This document shows positions 43,292-52,379 of a stretch of DNA of 64,000 nucleotides, one piece after another. The translations under genes were made by a program, and so were the position numbers. The first letter of the stretch is position 1; every line of letters starts with the position of its first letter. The notes beneath the pieces are model-generated. The model did no database searches and had not been told where the DNA came from. It saw only the letters and a program-made list of their open reading frames with translations. Location of the stretch: contig JAXLYX010000012.1 in NCBI GenBank assembly GCA_046351215.1, positions 146,751 to 210,750 on the forward strand. The letters run 5' to 3'. The DNA comes from Polyangiales bacterium (lineage in GTDB: Bacteria > Myxococcota_A > Polyangia > Polyangiales > Houyiibacteriaceae).

Positions 43292-44128
43292 GTGCCGAAT
43301 CTCGAGCTCCGCCGCAAGGACGACGTCAGCAGCTTCCGCAAGATCGCCATCGGCACCTGGCGGGATGCGTACGACCCCCAGGTCTACGGGACGCTCGAGC
43401 TCCGGATGGAGAACGCCCTCGCGTACCTCGCGGCCTTCCGCGAGAAGACGGGCAAGCACCTCACGGTCTCGCACATGCTCGCGAAGGCCGTCGCGATGGC
43501 GCTCGTGAAGTGCCCCGACGCCAACGCCGTCCTCCGCTTCAATCGCATCTACCTCCGCCAGAACATCGGCGTCTTCTTCCAGGTCGTGATGGACGACCTC
43601 GGCGAGGACAAGATCGACCTCTCCGGCGCGACGGTCTACGAGGTCGACAAGAAGAGCCTCGTGCAGATCTGCGACGAGTTCCAGGCGAAGGTGGACACCG
43701 TCCGGAAGCGGCAGGATCCCGCGCTCGAGAAGACGCGACGGAGCTTCGACTCGATCCCCTACCTGCTCCTCAACTTCGTCACGCGGTTCCTCTCGATCCT
43801 CTCGATCGGGCTGAACCTCGATCTGCGGCGTCTCGGGATCCCGAGCGATCCCTTCGGCAGCGTGATGATCACGAACATCGGTACGCTCGGGCTCGAGAGC
43901 GCGTACGTCCCGCTCGTGCCGTACTCGCGCGTGCCGCTGCTCCTCGCCGTCGGCGCGATCAAGGACGAGCCCGTGGTGGAGGACGGCGAGATCCGCCCCG
44001 GCAAGGTGCTGAGGCTCCACGCGACCTTCGACCATCGGCTGATCGACGGCTTCCACGCGGCCGTGATGTCCAAGGTGCTGAAGCGGGTCATGGAGAACCC
44101 GTTCGAGCACTTCGACAGGCTCGACTGA
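43292..44128 (+). CDS. Stand-alone 2-oxoacid dehydrogenase E2-type acyltransferase catalytic domain
   Basis: 278 aa, GTG start. C-terminal catalytic motif ATFDHRLIDGFHAA (DHRxxDG). No lipoyl or peripheral-subunit-binding domain in the ORF. Confidence 0.8.
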   Translation: MPNLELRRKDDVSSFRKIAIGTWRDAYDPQVYGTLELRMENALAYLAAFREKTGKHLTVSHMLAKAVAMALVKCPDANAVLRFNRIYLRQNIGVFFQVVMDDLGEDKIDLSGATVYEVDKKSLVQICDEFQAKVDTVRKRQDPALEKTRRSFDSIPYLLLNFVTRFLSILSIGLNLDLRRLGIPSDPFGSVMITNIGTLGLESAYVPLVPYSRVPLLLAVGAIKDEPVVEDGEIRPGKVLRLHATFDHRLIDGFHAAVMSKVLKRVMENPFEHFDRLD

Positions 44129-44137
44129 CCGCGAGCC

Positions 44138-44563
44138 TCAGCGCAGGACGTAGAGCCCGGTCGCGAGGCCCGCGCCGAACGCGACGATCGCGACGATCAG
44201 CATCCAGGGGATCGCCGAGCTCTCGGGGGCGGGGGGGGCCGCCTGCGGAGGCGCCTTCGGCGCCGTCGCCGCGATCGCGGGATGGGCCACGTCGCGCCCC
44301 TCGGCCATCGCCTCCACCGCGTCCTTGGCTTCGCGGAGGCCGACGCGGAAGACCGCGCGGTACTCCTTGATCGCCTCGATCTTGTTCCCTCGCGCGAGGG
44401 CTTCTCGAACGGGCGCGAGGCGAGCGTCGTCGTTGCCGCCGACCGCGCCGCCAGCGGAGCCGTCCGCCGAGCCGCCGAGGCTCGACTTGCAGAAGGGGCA
44501 ATGGGTGGGGAGCGAGCCGTTCGCTCCGGCCGTGATCGGGACACCGCACGAGGGACAACGCAT
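44138..44563 (-). CDS. Zinc-ribbon / ribosomal L7-L12 C-terminal-domain-like / single-TM protein
   Basis: 141 aa. N-terminal CPSCG...CPFC ribbon. GNKIEAIKEYRAVFRVGLREAKDAVEAM resembles the L7/L12 CTD core (KIxVIKxVRxxTGLGLKEAKDLVE). A Pro/Ala linker leads to the C-terminal TM helix IPWMLIVAIVAFGAGLATGLYVL. Confidence 0.7.
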   Translation of the reverse strand: MRCPSCGVPITAGANGSLPTHCPFCKSSLGGSADGSAGGAVGGNDDARLAPVREALARGNKIEAIKEYRAVFRVGLREAKDAVEAMAEGRDVAHPAIAATAPKAPPQAAPPAPESSAIPWMLIVAIVAFGAGLATGLYVLR

Positions 44564-44607
44564 GGCGTCACCTTACCAGAGGGCGCTCCCGAAGAGGCGT
44601 CGTCGAT

Positions 44608-45228
44608 TCAGCGGTCGAGCGGCCCGTCGTGCCGTGCCGCCCGGGTGCGCTTCGCCACCTCGGCATCGACGAGCCGCTTCACCGACTCGTCCAGGGGACC
44701 GAGATCCTCTTCGCGCGTGAAGCGATCGCCGAGGTGCGCGGAGAGCCGGGCCGCGATCGTCTCGAACGGGTCCACTCCGTCGACGACACCACCGAGCTGT
44801 CCCGCGACGAGCCGGCCGTGCTTGCCGAAGCGGAGCTCGCGATGCTCGCTCCACCCGCCGTTCCGCGAAGGGCGCTTCACGTCCACGAGGCAAGCCGTCG
44901 AGAGCTTCGCGAAGCGCACGTCGAGCTCCGTCACCGGGGTGCCGCGGTAGGGGCCGACGACCCGACGTCGCACGCAGCGGATCCCGTCGGCGTCGAGGGT
45001 CGTCACGACCTCGTCGCTGAAGAAGGCGTACGCCGCGACGAAGAGCAGCGCGACCCCCGCGGCCACGGCGAGGAAGAGCGGCTGCGAGAGGTCGCGGTGC
45101 GCCTGGTACAGGGCCGCACCTCCGACGGGCGCGAAGAAGATGCAGAGGAAGGCGACGAGGCCGGCGCCCCCCGTGCGGAAGGTATGCGTGTACGGAGCGC
45201 GGAGCGCGCTCTCTTCGCCCGAGGTCAT
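44608..45228 (-). CDS. Hypothetical membrane protein (two TM helices plus soluble domain)
   Basis: 206 aa from ATG 45228. Hydrophobic segments GLVAFLCIFFAPVGGAALY and LFLAVAAGVALLFVAAYAFF, then a charged soluble region. No family recognised. The upstream 64 aa of the track ORF are low-complexity. Confidence 0.5.
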   Translation of the reverse strand: MTSGEESALRAPYTHTFRTGGAGLVAFLCIFFAPVGGAALYQAHRDLSQPLFLAVAAGVALLFVAAYAFFSDEVVTTLDADGIRCVRRRVVGPYRGTPVTELDVRFAKLSTACLVDVKRPSRNGGWSEHRELRFGKHGRLVAGQLGGVVDGVDPFETIAARLSAHLGDRFTREEDLGPLDESVKRLVDAEVAKRTRAARHDGPLDR

Positions 45229-45286
45229 CGCCCGAGCGTACACCGGATCCCCCTCGGGAGAGGCCCACGACCTTCTCCTCGGGGGC

Positions 45287-46717
45287 TCACTCGCGGACGA
45301 TGCGATCCAGCGTCTGGTCGGCCCGCTCGCCGTAGGGCGGGACCATGCCGGCGAGACGCTGCAGCGGGAGCTTGGTCTGCTCGTAGACGGCGCGCGCGTG
45401 GCTGAAGGCGCGGAAGCCATCCTGGCCGTGGTAGCAGCCGATGCCCGAGGGGCCGACGCCGCCGAACGGGAGGTCCTCCATGCTCGCGTGCACGAGCACG
45501 TCGTTGATCGAGACGCCGCCCGAGATCGTCTCGTCGAGGATGCGCCGCTTCGTCGCTTCGTCGCCGCTGAAGACGTAGAGACCGAGGGGACGTGGGCGCG
45601 AGCGCACGTAGCGGATCGCGTCGCCGAGGTCGCGGTAGGGCTTCACGATCAGGATGGGCCCGAAGATCTCCTCCTCGAGGATGCGGAGCCCCTCCTTCGG
45701 ATCGACCACGAACGTCATCGGGATCTTGTGCGTGCCCGACTGGCGCTCGAAGTCCTCGCGCGCCGGATCCACCTGGCGGACCTCCGTACCGGCGGCCCGC
45801 GCCTCGTCGAGGTAGCCGCGCAGACGACGGTAGTGGCGCTCGTCGATCACGGACGAGTAGTCGGGGTTGTCGAGGATGCGGGGGAACATCGTCGCGACCC
45901 AGGCCGTCGCCTCGACCAGGAAGCGCTCGAGCCGATCCTCCGGCACGAAGACGTAGTCCGGCGCGAGGCAGGCCTGTCCGACGTTCAGCGCCTTGCCCGT
46001 GAGGATGCGGATCGCCGCCTCGCGCAGGTCCGCGTCGGGCGCCACGAACGCGGGCGACTTCCCGCCGAGCTCGAGCGTGACCGGGACGAGGTTCTCGGCC
46101 GCGGCGCGCATCACCTTCTTGCCGATCGACGTCGACCCGGTGAAGACGACGTGATCGAGAGGGAGACCGGCGACCGCCGCTCCGAGCTCCGGACCGCCCT
46201 GGACGCAGACGAGCTCCTTCGGATCGAAGGCCTTGCGGACGAGCTCGTCGAGCAGCGCACCCGTCCGCGGCACGAGCTCCGAGGGCTTGAGGATGGCGCG
46301 ATTGCCCGCCGCGAGCACCCCCGCGAGCGGGGCGAAGAGCGTGTTCACCGGGAAGTTCCAGGTGCCGAGGATGCCGACGACTCCCTTCGGCACGTGCTCC
46401 ACACGGGCCTTCGCGCCGAGGAGGTTGAGCGGGAAGCCCGTCTTCCGTTTCTCCGGCTTCATCCACGTGCGGACGTGATCGCGCGCGTGCTTCAGCGCCT
46501 CCATGGTCGCGTACACGTCGGACATCCGCGTCTGGTGCGCGGAGCGGGCGCCGAAGTCCGCGTGGATCGCCTCGCCGATGCGCGATTGGTGATCGTGGAG
46601 CAGGGCGATCGCACGGCTCAGCCGATCGATGCGGGTCTCGGCCGAGACCACGCCCTCGGCGAGGAAGGCCGAGCGCTGCGCCTCGAGGAGGCCCGGGAGC
46701 TCCGCGATCCCGGTCAT
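45287..46717 (-). CDS. Aldehyde dehydrogenase (ALDH3 / coniferyl-aldehyde dehydrogenase-like)
   Basis: 476 aa from ATG 46717, which overlaps the upstream stop (ATGA). ELGGKSP, catalytic Cys in NVGQACLAPDY, EEIFGPIL. Confidence 0.9.
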   Translation of the reverse strand: MTGIAELPGLLEAQRSAFLAEGVVSAETRIDRLSRAIALLHDHQSRIGEAIHADFGARSAHQTRMSDVYATMEALKHARDHVRTWMKPEKRKTGFPLNLLGAKARVEHVPKGVVGILGTWNFPVNTLFAPLAGVLAAGNRAILKPSELVPRTGALLDELVRKAFDPKELVCVQGGPELGAAVAGLPLDHVVFTGSTSIGKKVMRAAAENLVPVTLELGGKSPAFVAPDADLREAAIRILTGKALNVGQACLAPDYVFVPEDRLERFLVEATAWVATMFPRILDNPDYSSVIDERHYRRLRGYLDEARAAGTEVRQVDPAREDFERQSGTHKIPMTFVVDPKEGLRILEEEIFGPILIVKPYRDLGDAIRYVRSRPRPLGLYVFSGDEATKRRILDETISGGVSINDVLVHASMEDLPFGGVGPSGIGCYHGQDGFRAFSHARAVYEQTKLPLQRLAGMVPPYGERADQTLDRIVRE

Positions 46718-48345
46718 GGACGGAGCACCGGGCGTCCGAGGATCAGATCGGCGCCCCGCTCGGCCACGGCGACCACGGGCGCGTGGGTGTTGCCCGACGG
46801 GACGAGGGGGAAGATCGACGCGTCGACGACGCGCAGGCCTTCGATCCCGTGCACGCGGAGCTCCGAGTCGACCACGGCCATCTCGTCGCCCCGGGGGCCC
46901 ATCCTGGTCGAGCCGACGGGGTGGTAGACGCTCATGCCCGTGCGCTTCCAGTAGTCGAGGATCTGGGCATCCGTCCGGACCTCGTCGCCCGGCATGAGCT
47001 CGCGCGTCGCGTGCCGCATGAAGGTCTCGGAGCGGTAGATCGAGCGCAGCAGGTGGAAGCCCTCGATGGCGAGCGCGCGATCGTGCTCGGTCTCGAGGTA
47101 GTTGTGCACGATCGCCGGGAAGGCCTTCGGATCGCGGCTGCGCGCGTGGACGGTCCCGCGGGCCGTGGGCCGGAGGTAGGTCACGGTCGCGTTCACGCCG
47201 GGCTCTGCGCTCGCCACCATGTTGCCCGACTCGTCCATGTCGCCGGCGCCCGGCGAGAAGTGGATCTGGAACATCGGCCGCGTATCGCCCTTCTTCGGGA
47301 CGAAGGCGCCGAGGCCGCACGCGGGGAACGTGAGCGGTCCGGTCTTCGTGAAGGCGTAGCGGAGGACCGTTCCGACGAGGCGCGGGAACTTCCCGTCGTC
47401 GCCGAGCGTGACGAAGCCCTTCACGCCCATCTGCATCCAGGCCTGGAAATGGTCCTGGAGGTTCTCGCCGACGCCGGGGAGGGCGTGGAGCGTCTCGATG
47501 CCGAGGTCGCGCAGCACCGTCGGGTTCCCGATGCCCGAGAGCTCGAGGATGGGGGCCGAGTTGTAGGCGCCCGCCGCGAGGACGACCTCGCGCTTCGCCT
47601 TGGCGGCGACGGTGCGCCCCTTCTTGTCGAGGTACTCGACGCCGACCGCGCGCTTCCCCTCGAGGACGACGCGCTTCGCCGTGGCGTGGAGCGCGATGAC
47701 GAGGTTCGGTCGCGCCTTCACCTCCTTGCTCAGGAAGGCGTCGGCCGAGCTCCAGCGCTGGCGCTTCTTCTGGTTGATGTGCGTCGGACCGATGCCGAGC
47801 TGGTTCTCGCCGTTCAGGTCGTCGTTCAGCGGGATGCCGATGCTGTTCGCCGCGGCGACGTACACGTCCGTGACGGGATAGTGGTACGAGGCGTGGGTGA
47901 CGTTCAGCTCGCCGCCCTTCGCGTGGTAGCGATCCGCCGGGCCGGGCTCGAAGTTCTCGGACTTCTTGAAGTAGGGCAGGAGCTCTTCGAAGCTCCAGCC
48001 CGCGCAGCCCGGGAGCGCCGCCCAGTCGTCGTAGTCCTGCCGCTGGCCGCGCATGTAGAGCTGGCCGTTGATCGAGCTGCAGCCGCCGAGCACGCGGCCG
48101 CGCACGATGTGGACCTTGCGACCGTCGAGATGCGGCTCGGCCTCGGTCTCGTACACGTTGCTCACGGAGGTGTCGTACATCAGGCGGCTGAAGCCGAGGC
48201 CGACCTTGATCAGTGGGTTCGAGTCCTTGCCGCCCGCCTCGAGGAGGAGGACGCGGAGGCTCGGATCGGCGGAGAGACGATTGGCGAGGCAGCAGCCGGC
48301 GGAGCCAGCGCCGACCACGATGTAGTCGAACTCGGGAGCGGTCAT
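46714..48345 (-). CDS. GMC-family FAD oxidoreductase (choline/alcohol dehydrogenase-like)
   Basis: 543 aa. FDYIVVGAGSAGCCLANRLS, GGCSSINGQLYMRG, and the C-terminal active-site region YHPVGSTRMG. Confidence 0.9.
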   Translation of the reverse strand: MTAPEFDYIVVGAGSAGCCLANRLSADPSLRVLLLEAGGKDSNPLIKVGLGFSRLMYDTSVSNVYETEAEPHLDGRKVHIVRGRVLGGCSSINGQLYMRGQRQDYDDWAALPGCAGWSFEELLPYFKKSENFEPGPADRYHAKGGELNVTHASYHYPVTDVYVAAANSIGIPLNDDLNGENQLGIGPTHINQKKRQRWSSADAFLSKEVKARPNLVIALHATAKRVVLEGKRAVGVEYLDKKGRTVAAKAKREVVLAAGAYNSAPILELSGIGNPTVLRDLGIETLHALPGVGENLQDHFQAWMQMGVKGFVTLGDDGKFPRLVGTVLRYAFTKTGPLTFPACGLGAFVPKKGDTRPMFQIHFSPGAGDMDESGNMVASAEPGVNATVTYLRPTARGTVHARSRDPKAFPAIVHNYLETEHDRALAIEGFHLLRSIYRSETFMRHATRELMPGDEVRTDAQILDYWKRTGMSVYHPVGSTRMGPRGDEMAVVDSELRVHGIEGLRVVDASIFPLVPSGNTHAPVVAVAERGADLILGRPVLRP

Positions 48346-48366
48346 CGGTAGGGGGATCCGGCCCTG

Positions 48367-49227
48367 TCAGGGCAGCTTGGGGTTCTCGCGCTCGAGGATG
48401 CTGCGCGTGCGCGTCTCGAGGTTCGCATCGCTCTTGCCGAGTCTCGAGAGAATCCAGAATCGACCGTCACGGACTCCGTCGAGGCACATGCTCGCGACCT
48501 CCTCCGGCTCCGTGAGCTGGAAGTCGACGCCGGCGCTCTGGGCGAGGGCCTTCATGTCGACGTAGGCCGGAGGTCCCTCGCCCTCGACCTTGAATTCCTC
48601 GCTGCGGACGCGATCCGAATTGAGGATGTTCGTGTTCACGAGGAAGGGCCCGGGGAAGAGCACGTGGGCCGAGAGCTTCGCGTTCTCGAGGAGGAATTGG
48701 TAGTGCAGGACCTCTGTGAGGCTCGTCACCGCGGCCTTCGACGAGGCGTAGATCGGCGTCGTCGGCAGCGAGGCGATTCCCCCGTTGCCCGACGAGGTGT
48801 TGATCACGTGACCCTCCTCGCCGCGCTCGAGCATCGTCGGCACGAACGCGCGGATGCCGTGGACGACACCCATCACGTTCACCGCGTAGGCCCACTGCCA
48901 GTCCTTCTCGGGCAGGGTCCAGAGGCGACGCTTCGCCTCCTTCACGCCGACGCCGGCGTTGTTGAAGAGGAGGTGCACGTTGCCGTACTTCTCGAAGACG
49001 CGCGCGGCGAGCGCTTCGACGGACTCGGCGCGCGTGACGTCGACCTGCATGCCGTCGACCTCGAGCCCCTTCGCGGCGAGCTCGGCCCGCGTCTGCTCGA
49101 TCGAGGTCGAGTCGATGTCCGCGATGACCGCCTTCGCGCCCTCGGACGCGAGCTGGGCGACGAGGGCACGGCCGACTCCGCTCGCGCCGCCGGTGACGAC
49201 GGCGACCTTCCCGCGGAACTCACGCAT
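48367..49227 (-). CDS. SDR-family oxidoreductase
   Basis: 286 aa. VTGGASGVG, NNAG, YASSK (YxxxK). The start overlaps the upstream gene end by 8 nt. Confidence 0.9.
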   Translation of the reverse strand: MREFRGKVAVVTGGASGVGRALVAQLASEGAKAVIADIDSTSIEQTRAELAAKGLEVDGMQVDVTRAESVEALAARVFEKYGNVHLLFNNAGVGVKEAKRRLWTLPEKDWQWAYAVNVMGVVHGIRAFVPTMLERGEEGHVINTSSGNGGIASLPTTPIYASSKAAVTSLTEVLHYQFLLENAKLSAHVLFPGPFLVNTNILNSDRVRSEEFKVEGEGPPAYVDMKALAQSAGVDFQLTEPEEVASMCLDGVRDGRFWILSRLGKSDANLETRTRSILERENPKLP

Positions 49228-50062
49228 GGGCGGCCTTCCGCTCGGAGGCCAGCGGGACCTCGATGCCCGGCTGGGGATCGTCGTAGCGCTGGACCACGAA
49301 CGGCGCGAGCCATTCGCCGGGAACGCTGCAGAGGACCTCGCCGCCCGTCTTCGAGGCGCCCTCGGCGTACTCCATCCGAAGGATGCGCTTCACCGGGATG
49401 TCGACGAGCGGATCGCGTGCCGACTCGCGGAGGATGATCTTCCCCTCCTCGAGGCGGCGGAGCGAGGTGTAGTCACGTTCCCAGTTGAGCTGCGTGAGGA
49501 GGACGTCTCCGTCGAAGCCGCCGTTCGTGCTCTTCTCGGGCTGGCACGAGGGCATCGCCTTGTAGCAGAAGAGGTGCTCCGTGAACTTCTTCGGACCGTC
49601 GCTCTCGCCGCCGATCCTGCCCTCGAGCTCGAGGAAGGGGATGCCGTGGCGGATGACCTGGGCGTTCACCCGGTCGCCTTCGATGCGGAACTTCGTCTCG
49701 GCGATCTTCTTCGGCTCGCCGAACTTCTCGCGGCCTCCGATGACGACGAACTCGCCCTCCATCGGCATCGTCAGGACGTAGTGGCCGGGACGGCCCTCGT
49801 ACGTGCAGGCGATGCCGACGGTGGCGGCTCCGACCTCGACCGTGCGCTCGGGCGAGAGGTGCATCGCCACGTGGGCGAACTGCACGAAGACCTGCGGAGC
49901 CGAGGCGGCCACGAGCGGCCGCGGGAGCACCGCGGCGGCGATCTCGGGCTCGGTCTCGTAGAACGCGCGGATCGAGCGCACGGAGTGCCGGATGCCCGAG
50001 GGGCTCGGCGCGTTCGTGCCGGACGTCGCGGGGGCCTTCACGTAGCGGAGGCGGGCCATCAC
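49220..50062 (-). CDS. Acetoacetate decarboxylase (ADC) family protein
   Basis: 280 aa. YETEPEIAAAVLPRPL and GGREKFGEPKK resemble the ADC-family core with its catalytic Lys region. ATGA overlap with the upstream amidohydrolase stop. Confidence 0.75.
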   Translation of the reverse strand: MMARLRYVKAPATSGTNAPSPSGIRHSVRSIRAFYETEPEIAAAVLPRPLVAASAPQVFVQFAHVAMHLSPERTVEVGAATVGIACTYEGRPGHYVLTMPMEGEFVVIGGREKFGEPKKIAETKFRIEGDRVNAQVIRHGIPFLELEGRIGGESDGPKKFTEHLFCYKAMPSCQPEKSTNGGFDGDVLLTQLNWERDYTSLRRLEEGKIILRESARDPLVDIPVKRILRMEYAEGASKTGGEVLCSVPGEWLAPFVVQRYDDPQPGIEVPLASERKAAHA

Positions 50063-51270
50063 TCACCTCCGACGGCGGGGGCAGAGGCGAACATGCTCTT
50101 CTTCGGGCCGATCCGGCGGGCGATCGGGGCGAGCTTCGACACGTCGAGGTCGTAGCACTCGAGCGCGTTCGTCCCGAGCATCTTCTCGAGCTCGGGCTCG
50201 GGGATGCCTCTCATGTACTTCTCCATCTTGGGGAGCGTCTCGGGCCAGCTGCCCTCGGGGTGGGGGAAGTCCGTGCCCCACATCACGCGGTCGATGCCGA
50301 TGTCGTGGCGGACCGCCGTGCTGCCCTCGTCGAAGAGAGCCGATGCGCTCAGCCAGCAGTTCCGCGCGAAGTACTCGCTCGGCTTCATCGTCAGGTTCGA
50401 GCGGAAGTCGCCGAGCTTGCCGCTCGTGTGCTTCACCGATGCCCGCACGTCCATCATCTCGAGCACCGAGGGGACCCAGAACTCGCTCACCTCGGTGAGG
50501 CAGTACTTGAGCTTCGGGAACTTCTCGAAGACGCCGCCGAAGATCAGGTGCCACATCGGACGCGCGGCCCACCACGCGAACTCGCAGAGGAAGACCCCCA
50601 TCGCACCGGGCAGCGAGAAATCGTAGTCGGGCGCGGGACCCGAGTGGTTGTGCACCACCATCCCGCGCTCCTCGCACGCCTGCCAGACCGGGTAGTACTT
50701 GGGATGGTTGTAGGGCGCGTACTCGCCCATGAGCGCCGGGATCAGGATGCCCTTGAGGCCGTTCTCGTGCGCCCAGACGACCTCCTTCAGCGCCATGTCG
50801 ACGTCGGAGAGCATCGGGACGATCGCGAGGCCGATGCGCCGCACGGGATCGACCTTGCAGAACTCCGCGATCCACCGGTTGTGCGCGCGCGCTCCCGCCC
50901 ATTGGAGCACGGGGTCGACGTTCGGCTTGAGGCCGAGGCCGGCGCCGAAGGGGGGCGCGTTGCGCTCCGTGATGCCGTCCGGGAAGAGGACTTCGGCCGC
51001 GACGCCGTCCTCGTCGATCACCCGCGTCCGGAGGTCCGAGTCCCACGCGGCGTGCAGGAGGTTCTCCTTCCCGCTCCTCCACTTCTCGTTGTAGTCCTTG
51101 ATCAGGAAGTCCTTCTCGCGTGCCTGCCGCTCGGCGATCTCCGCGGCGATGACGCGATCGAAGTGCTCCCGATACTGCGGATCGAGGTAGTCGCGGTACT
51201 TCTCCGGCAAGAGGCCGGCATGGCCATCCGTGGAGACGACGAGGTAGCGGTCTCCGGTCGAGCTGTTCAC
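50059..51270 (-). CDS. Amidohydrolase_2 (ACMSD/LigW-type) family metal-dependent hydrolase/decarboxylase, copy A
   Basis: The track start 51303 is TTG. GTG 51270 is preceded by GGAGG (51277-51281) and gives MNSSTGDRYLVVSTDGHAG. C-terminal VMWGTDFPHPEG is the family metal-binding Asp region. Confidence 0.85.
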   Translation of the reverse strand: MNSSTGDRYLVVSTDGHAGLLPEKYRDYLDPQYREHFDRVIAAEIAERQAREKDFLIKDYNEKWRSGKENLLHAAWDSDLRTRVIDEDGVAAEVLFPDGITERNAPPFGAGLGLKPNVDPVLQWAGARAHNRWIAEFCKVDPVRRIGLAIVPMLSDVDMALKEVVWAHENGLKGILIPALMGEYAPYNHPKYYPVWQACEERGMVVHNHSGPAPDYDFSLPGAMGVFLCEFAWWAARPMWHLIFGGVFEKFPKLKYCLTEVSEFWVPSVLEMMDVRASVKHTSGKLGDFRSNLTMKPSEYFARNCWLSASALFDEGSTAVRHDIGIDRVMWGTDFPHPEGSWPETLPKMEKYMRGIPEPELEKMLGTNALECYDLDVSKLAPIARRIGPKKSMFASAPAVGGE

Positions 51271-51312
51271 AGCGGGCCTCCGTTCGTGGTCCGTTTCAGG
51301 CAAAGAAGCGCG

Positions 51313-52305
51313 TCACTCGGCCGCCGTCGGCGTGGCCGACGAGTCGTCCGAGGTGGGGGCGTAGAACGAAGCGTACCACTTCCGGATCTTGCGGATCGGG
51401 CCGTCGCCCTCCGCGAGCACGGGGGTCTCGCGCCAGCACTTGTTCTCCCAGATCGACACGTCCTGGAAGTAGCCGTCGCGCGCCGCGGCGACGTGGGCCT
51501 CGAGGACCTGCGGCGGCAGCTGCACGCCGACGCCGGCCCGGAGCGCGACGCCGAAGCGCAAGAGGAGCTTGTTCTCCTCGATGGGGATGTGGGCGTTGAT
51601 GAGGACCATCGGGAAGGCCCAGGCGAGCCGCGTGAACTGCACGGCGGGGCCGTGGTACGTCGCGATGCTCTCCATCGGGATCTTCTCGCCCTTGAGGTTC
51701 CGTCCGCGACCGACGCTGCGCTGGGTCGCGCGCGGGCCGTCGATGATCACCTCGAAGTTCTCGACCTTGGTGTTGTGGACCGGGAGGAAGTGGGCCGAGT
51801 CGGCGATGTTCTCGATCACCTCGCGCGGATGCGTCGCGATCTCGATCTGCGCGCGCTGCATCGGCGTCCAGGCGGGGTCCGAGAGCTCGGTGAGCTCGGG
51901 CACCTCGTAGTCGGGCGCCGCGCCGTCCTCGGCGAACCAGCCGAGGATCATGCCGCTGTGCTCCGCGAGCGGGTACGAGCGGACCTGGGCCCGCGGCGGG
52001 ATGCGCGAGGCGTAGGGCACCGCGGTGCACTGGCCCGTCGAGCCGAAGCGCCAGGCGTGGAAGGGGCAGGTGATCTCCGTGCCCTGCACCTTGCCGCCGT
52101 GGCCGAGGTGGGCCCCCAGGTGGGGACAATGGGCGTCCAGCAGGACGGGCTTCCCGTCCTCGCCGCGGTACAGGACGAAGTCCTTCGCGAAGTAGCGTAC
52201 CGGCACGACCTGACCCTGCGCGAGGTCGGCGCTCCAGCGGACGAGATACCAGCCCCGGGCGAACTTCGGCGTCGAGGCAGCGGACGGACGGGACGTTGCG
52301 TTCAT
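51313..52305 (-). CDS. Rieske [2Fe-2S] non-heme-iron oxygenase, KshA/VanA-like single-subunit class, copy A
   Basis: Rieske CPHLGAHLGHGG...CPFHAWRF. Mononuclear iron motif ENIADSAHFLPVHN. ATG 52305 aligns with the paralog start at 59480. Codons 52306-52356 of the track ORF are A/T-ending, unlike the rest of the gene. Confidence 0.85.
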   Translation of the reverse strand: MNATSRPSAASTPKFARGWYLVRWSADLAQGQVVPVRYFAKDFVLYRGEDGKPVLLDAHCPHLGAHLGHGGKVQGTEITCPFHAWRFGSTGQCTAVPYASRIPPRAQVRSYPLAEHSGMILGWFAEDGAAPDYEVPELTELSDPAWTPMQRAQIEIATHPREVIENIADSAHFLPVHNTKVENFEVIIDGPRATQRSVGRGRNLKGEKIPMESIATYHGPAVQFTRLAWAFPMVLINAHIPIEENKLLLRFGVALRAGVGVQLPPQVLEAHVAAARDGYFQDVSIWENKCWRETPVLAEGDGPIRKIRKWYASFYAPTSDDSSATPTAAE

Positions 52306-52354
52306 GGACGGCAAGATAGGAAACCTCTCGCGCGCGCGGTCATCCTCATTGCTC

Positions 52355-52374
52355 ATCCAGGCATTCGCGTGGAT
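52355..52374. promoter_or_regulatory. Candidate LysR-type operator (ATCCA-N10-TGGAT)
   Basis: Perfect 5-bp inverted arms at 52355-52359 and 52370-52374, in the 74-bp divergent region between the Rieske operon and the LysR gene. The shape fits the T-N11-A LTTR box. Confidence 0.35.
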
Positions 52375-52379
52375 TATGG

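Noticed and set aside
45229-45286. Possible hairpin CCCCCTCGGGAGAGG...CCTTCTCCTCGGGGG between the 2-TM protein gene and the ALDH gene.
   Set aside because: The pairing is poor beyond the five terminal G-C pairs (several mismatches), so I do not call it a terminator.
52306-52356. N-terminal 17-codon extension of Rieske oxygenase A suggested by the track (start 52356).
   Set aside because: The codons in this stretch end mostly in A/T (AAT, GAT, TTT, CCT, TTG), unlike the rest of the gene. The paralog at 59480 aligns from the internal Met. The stretch also contains the candidate LysR box.
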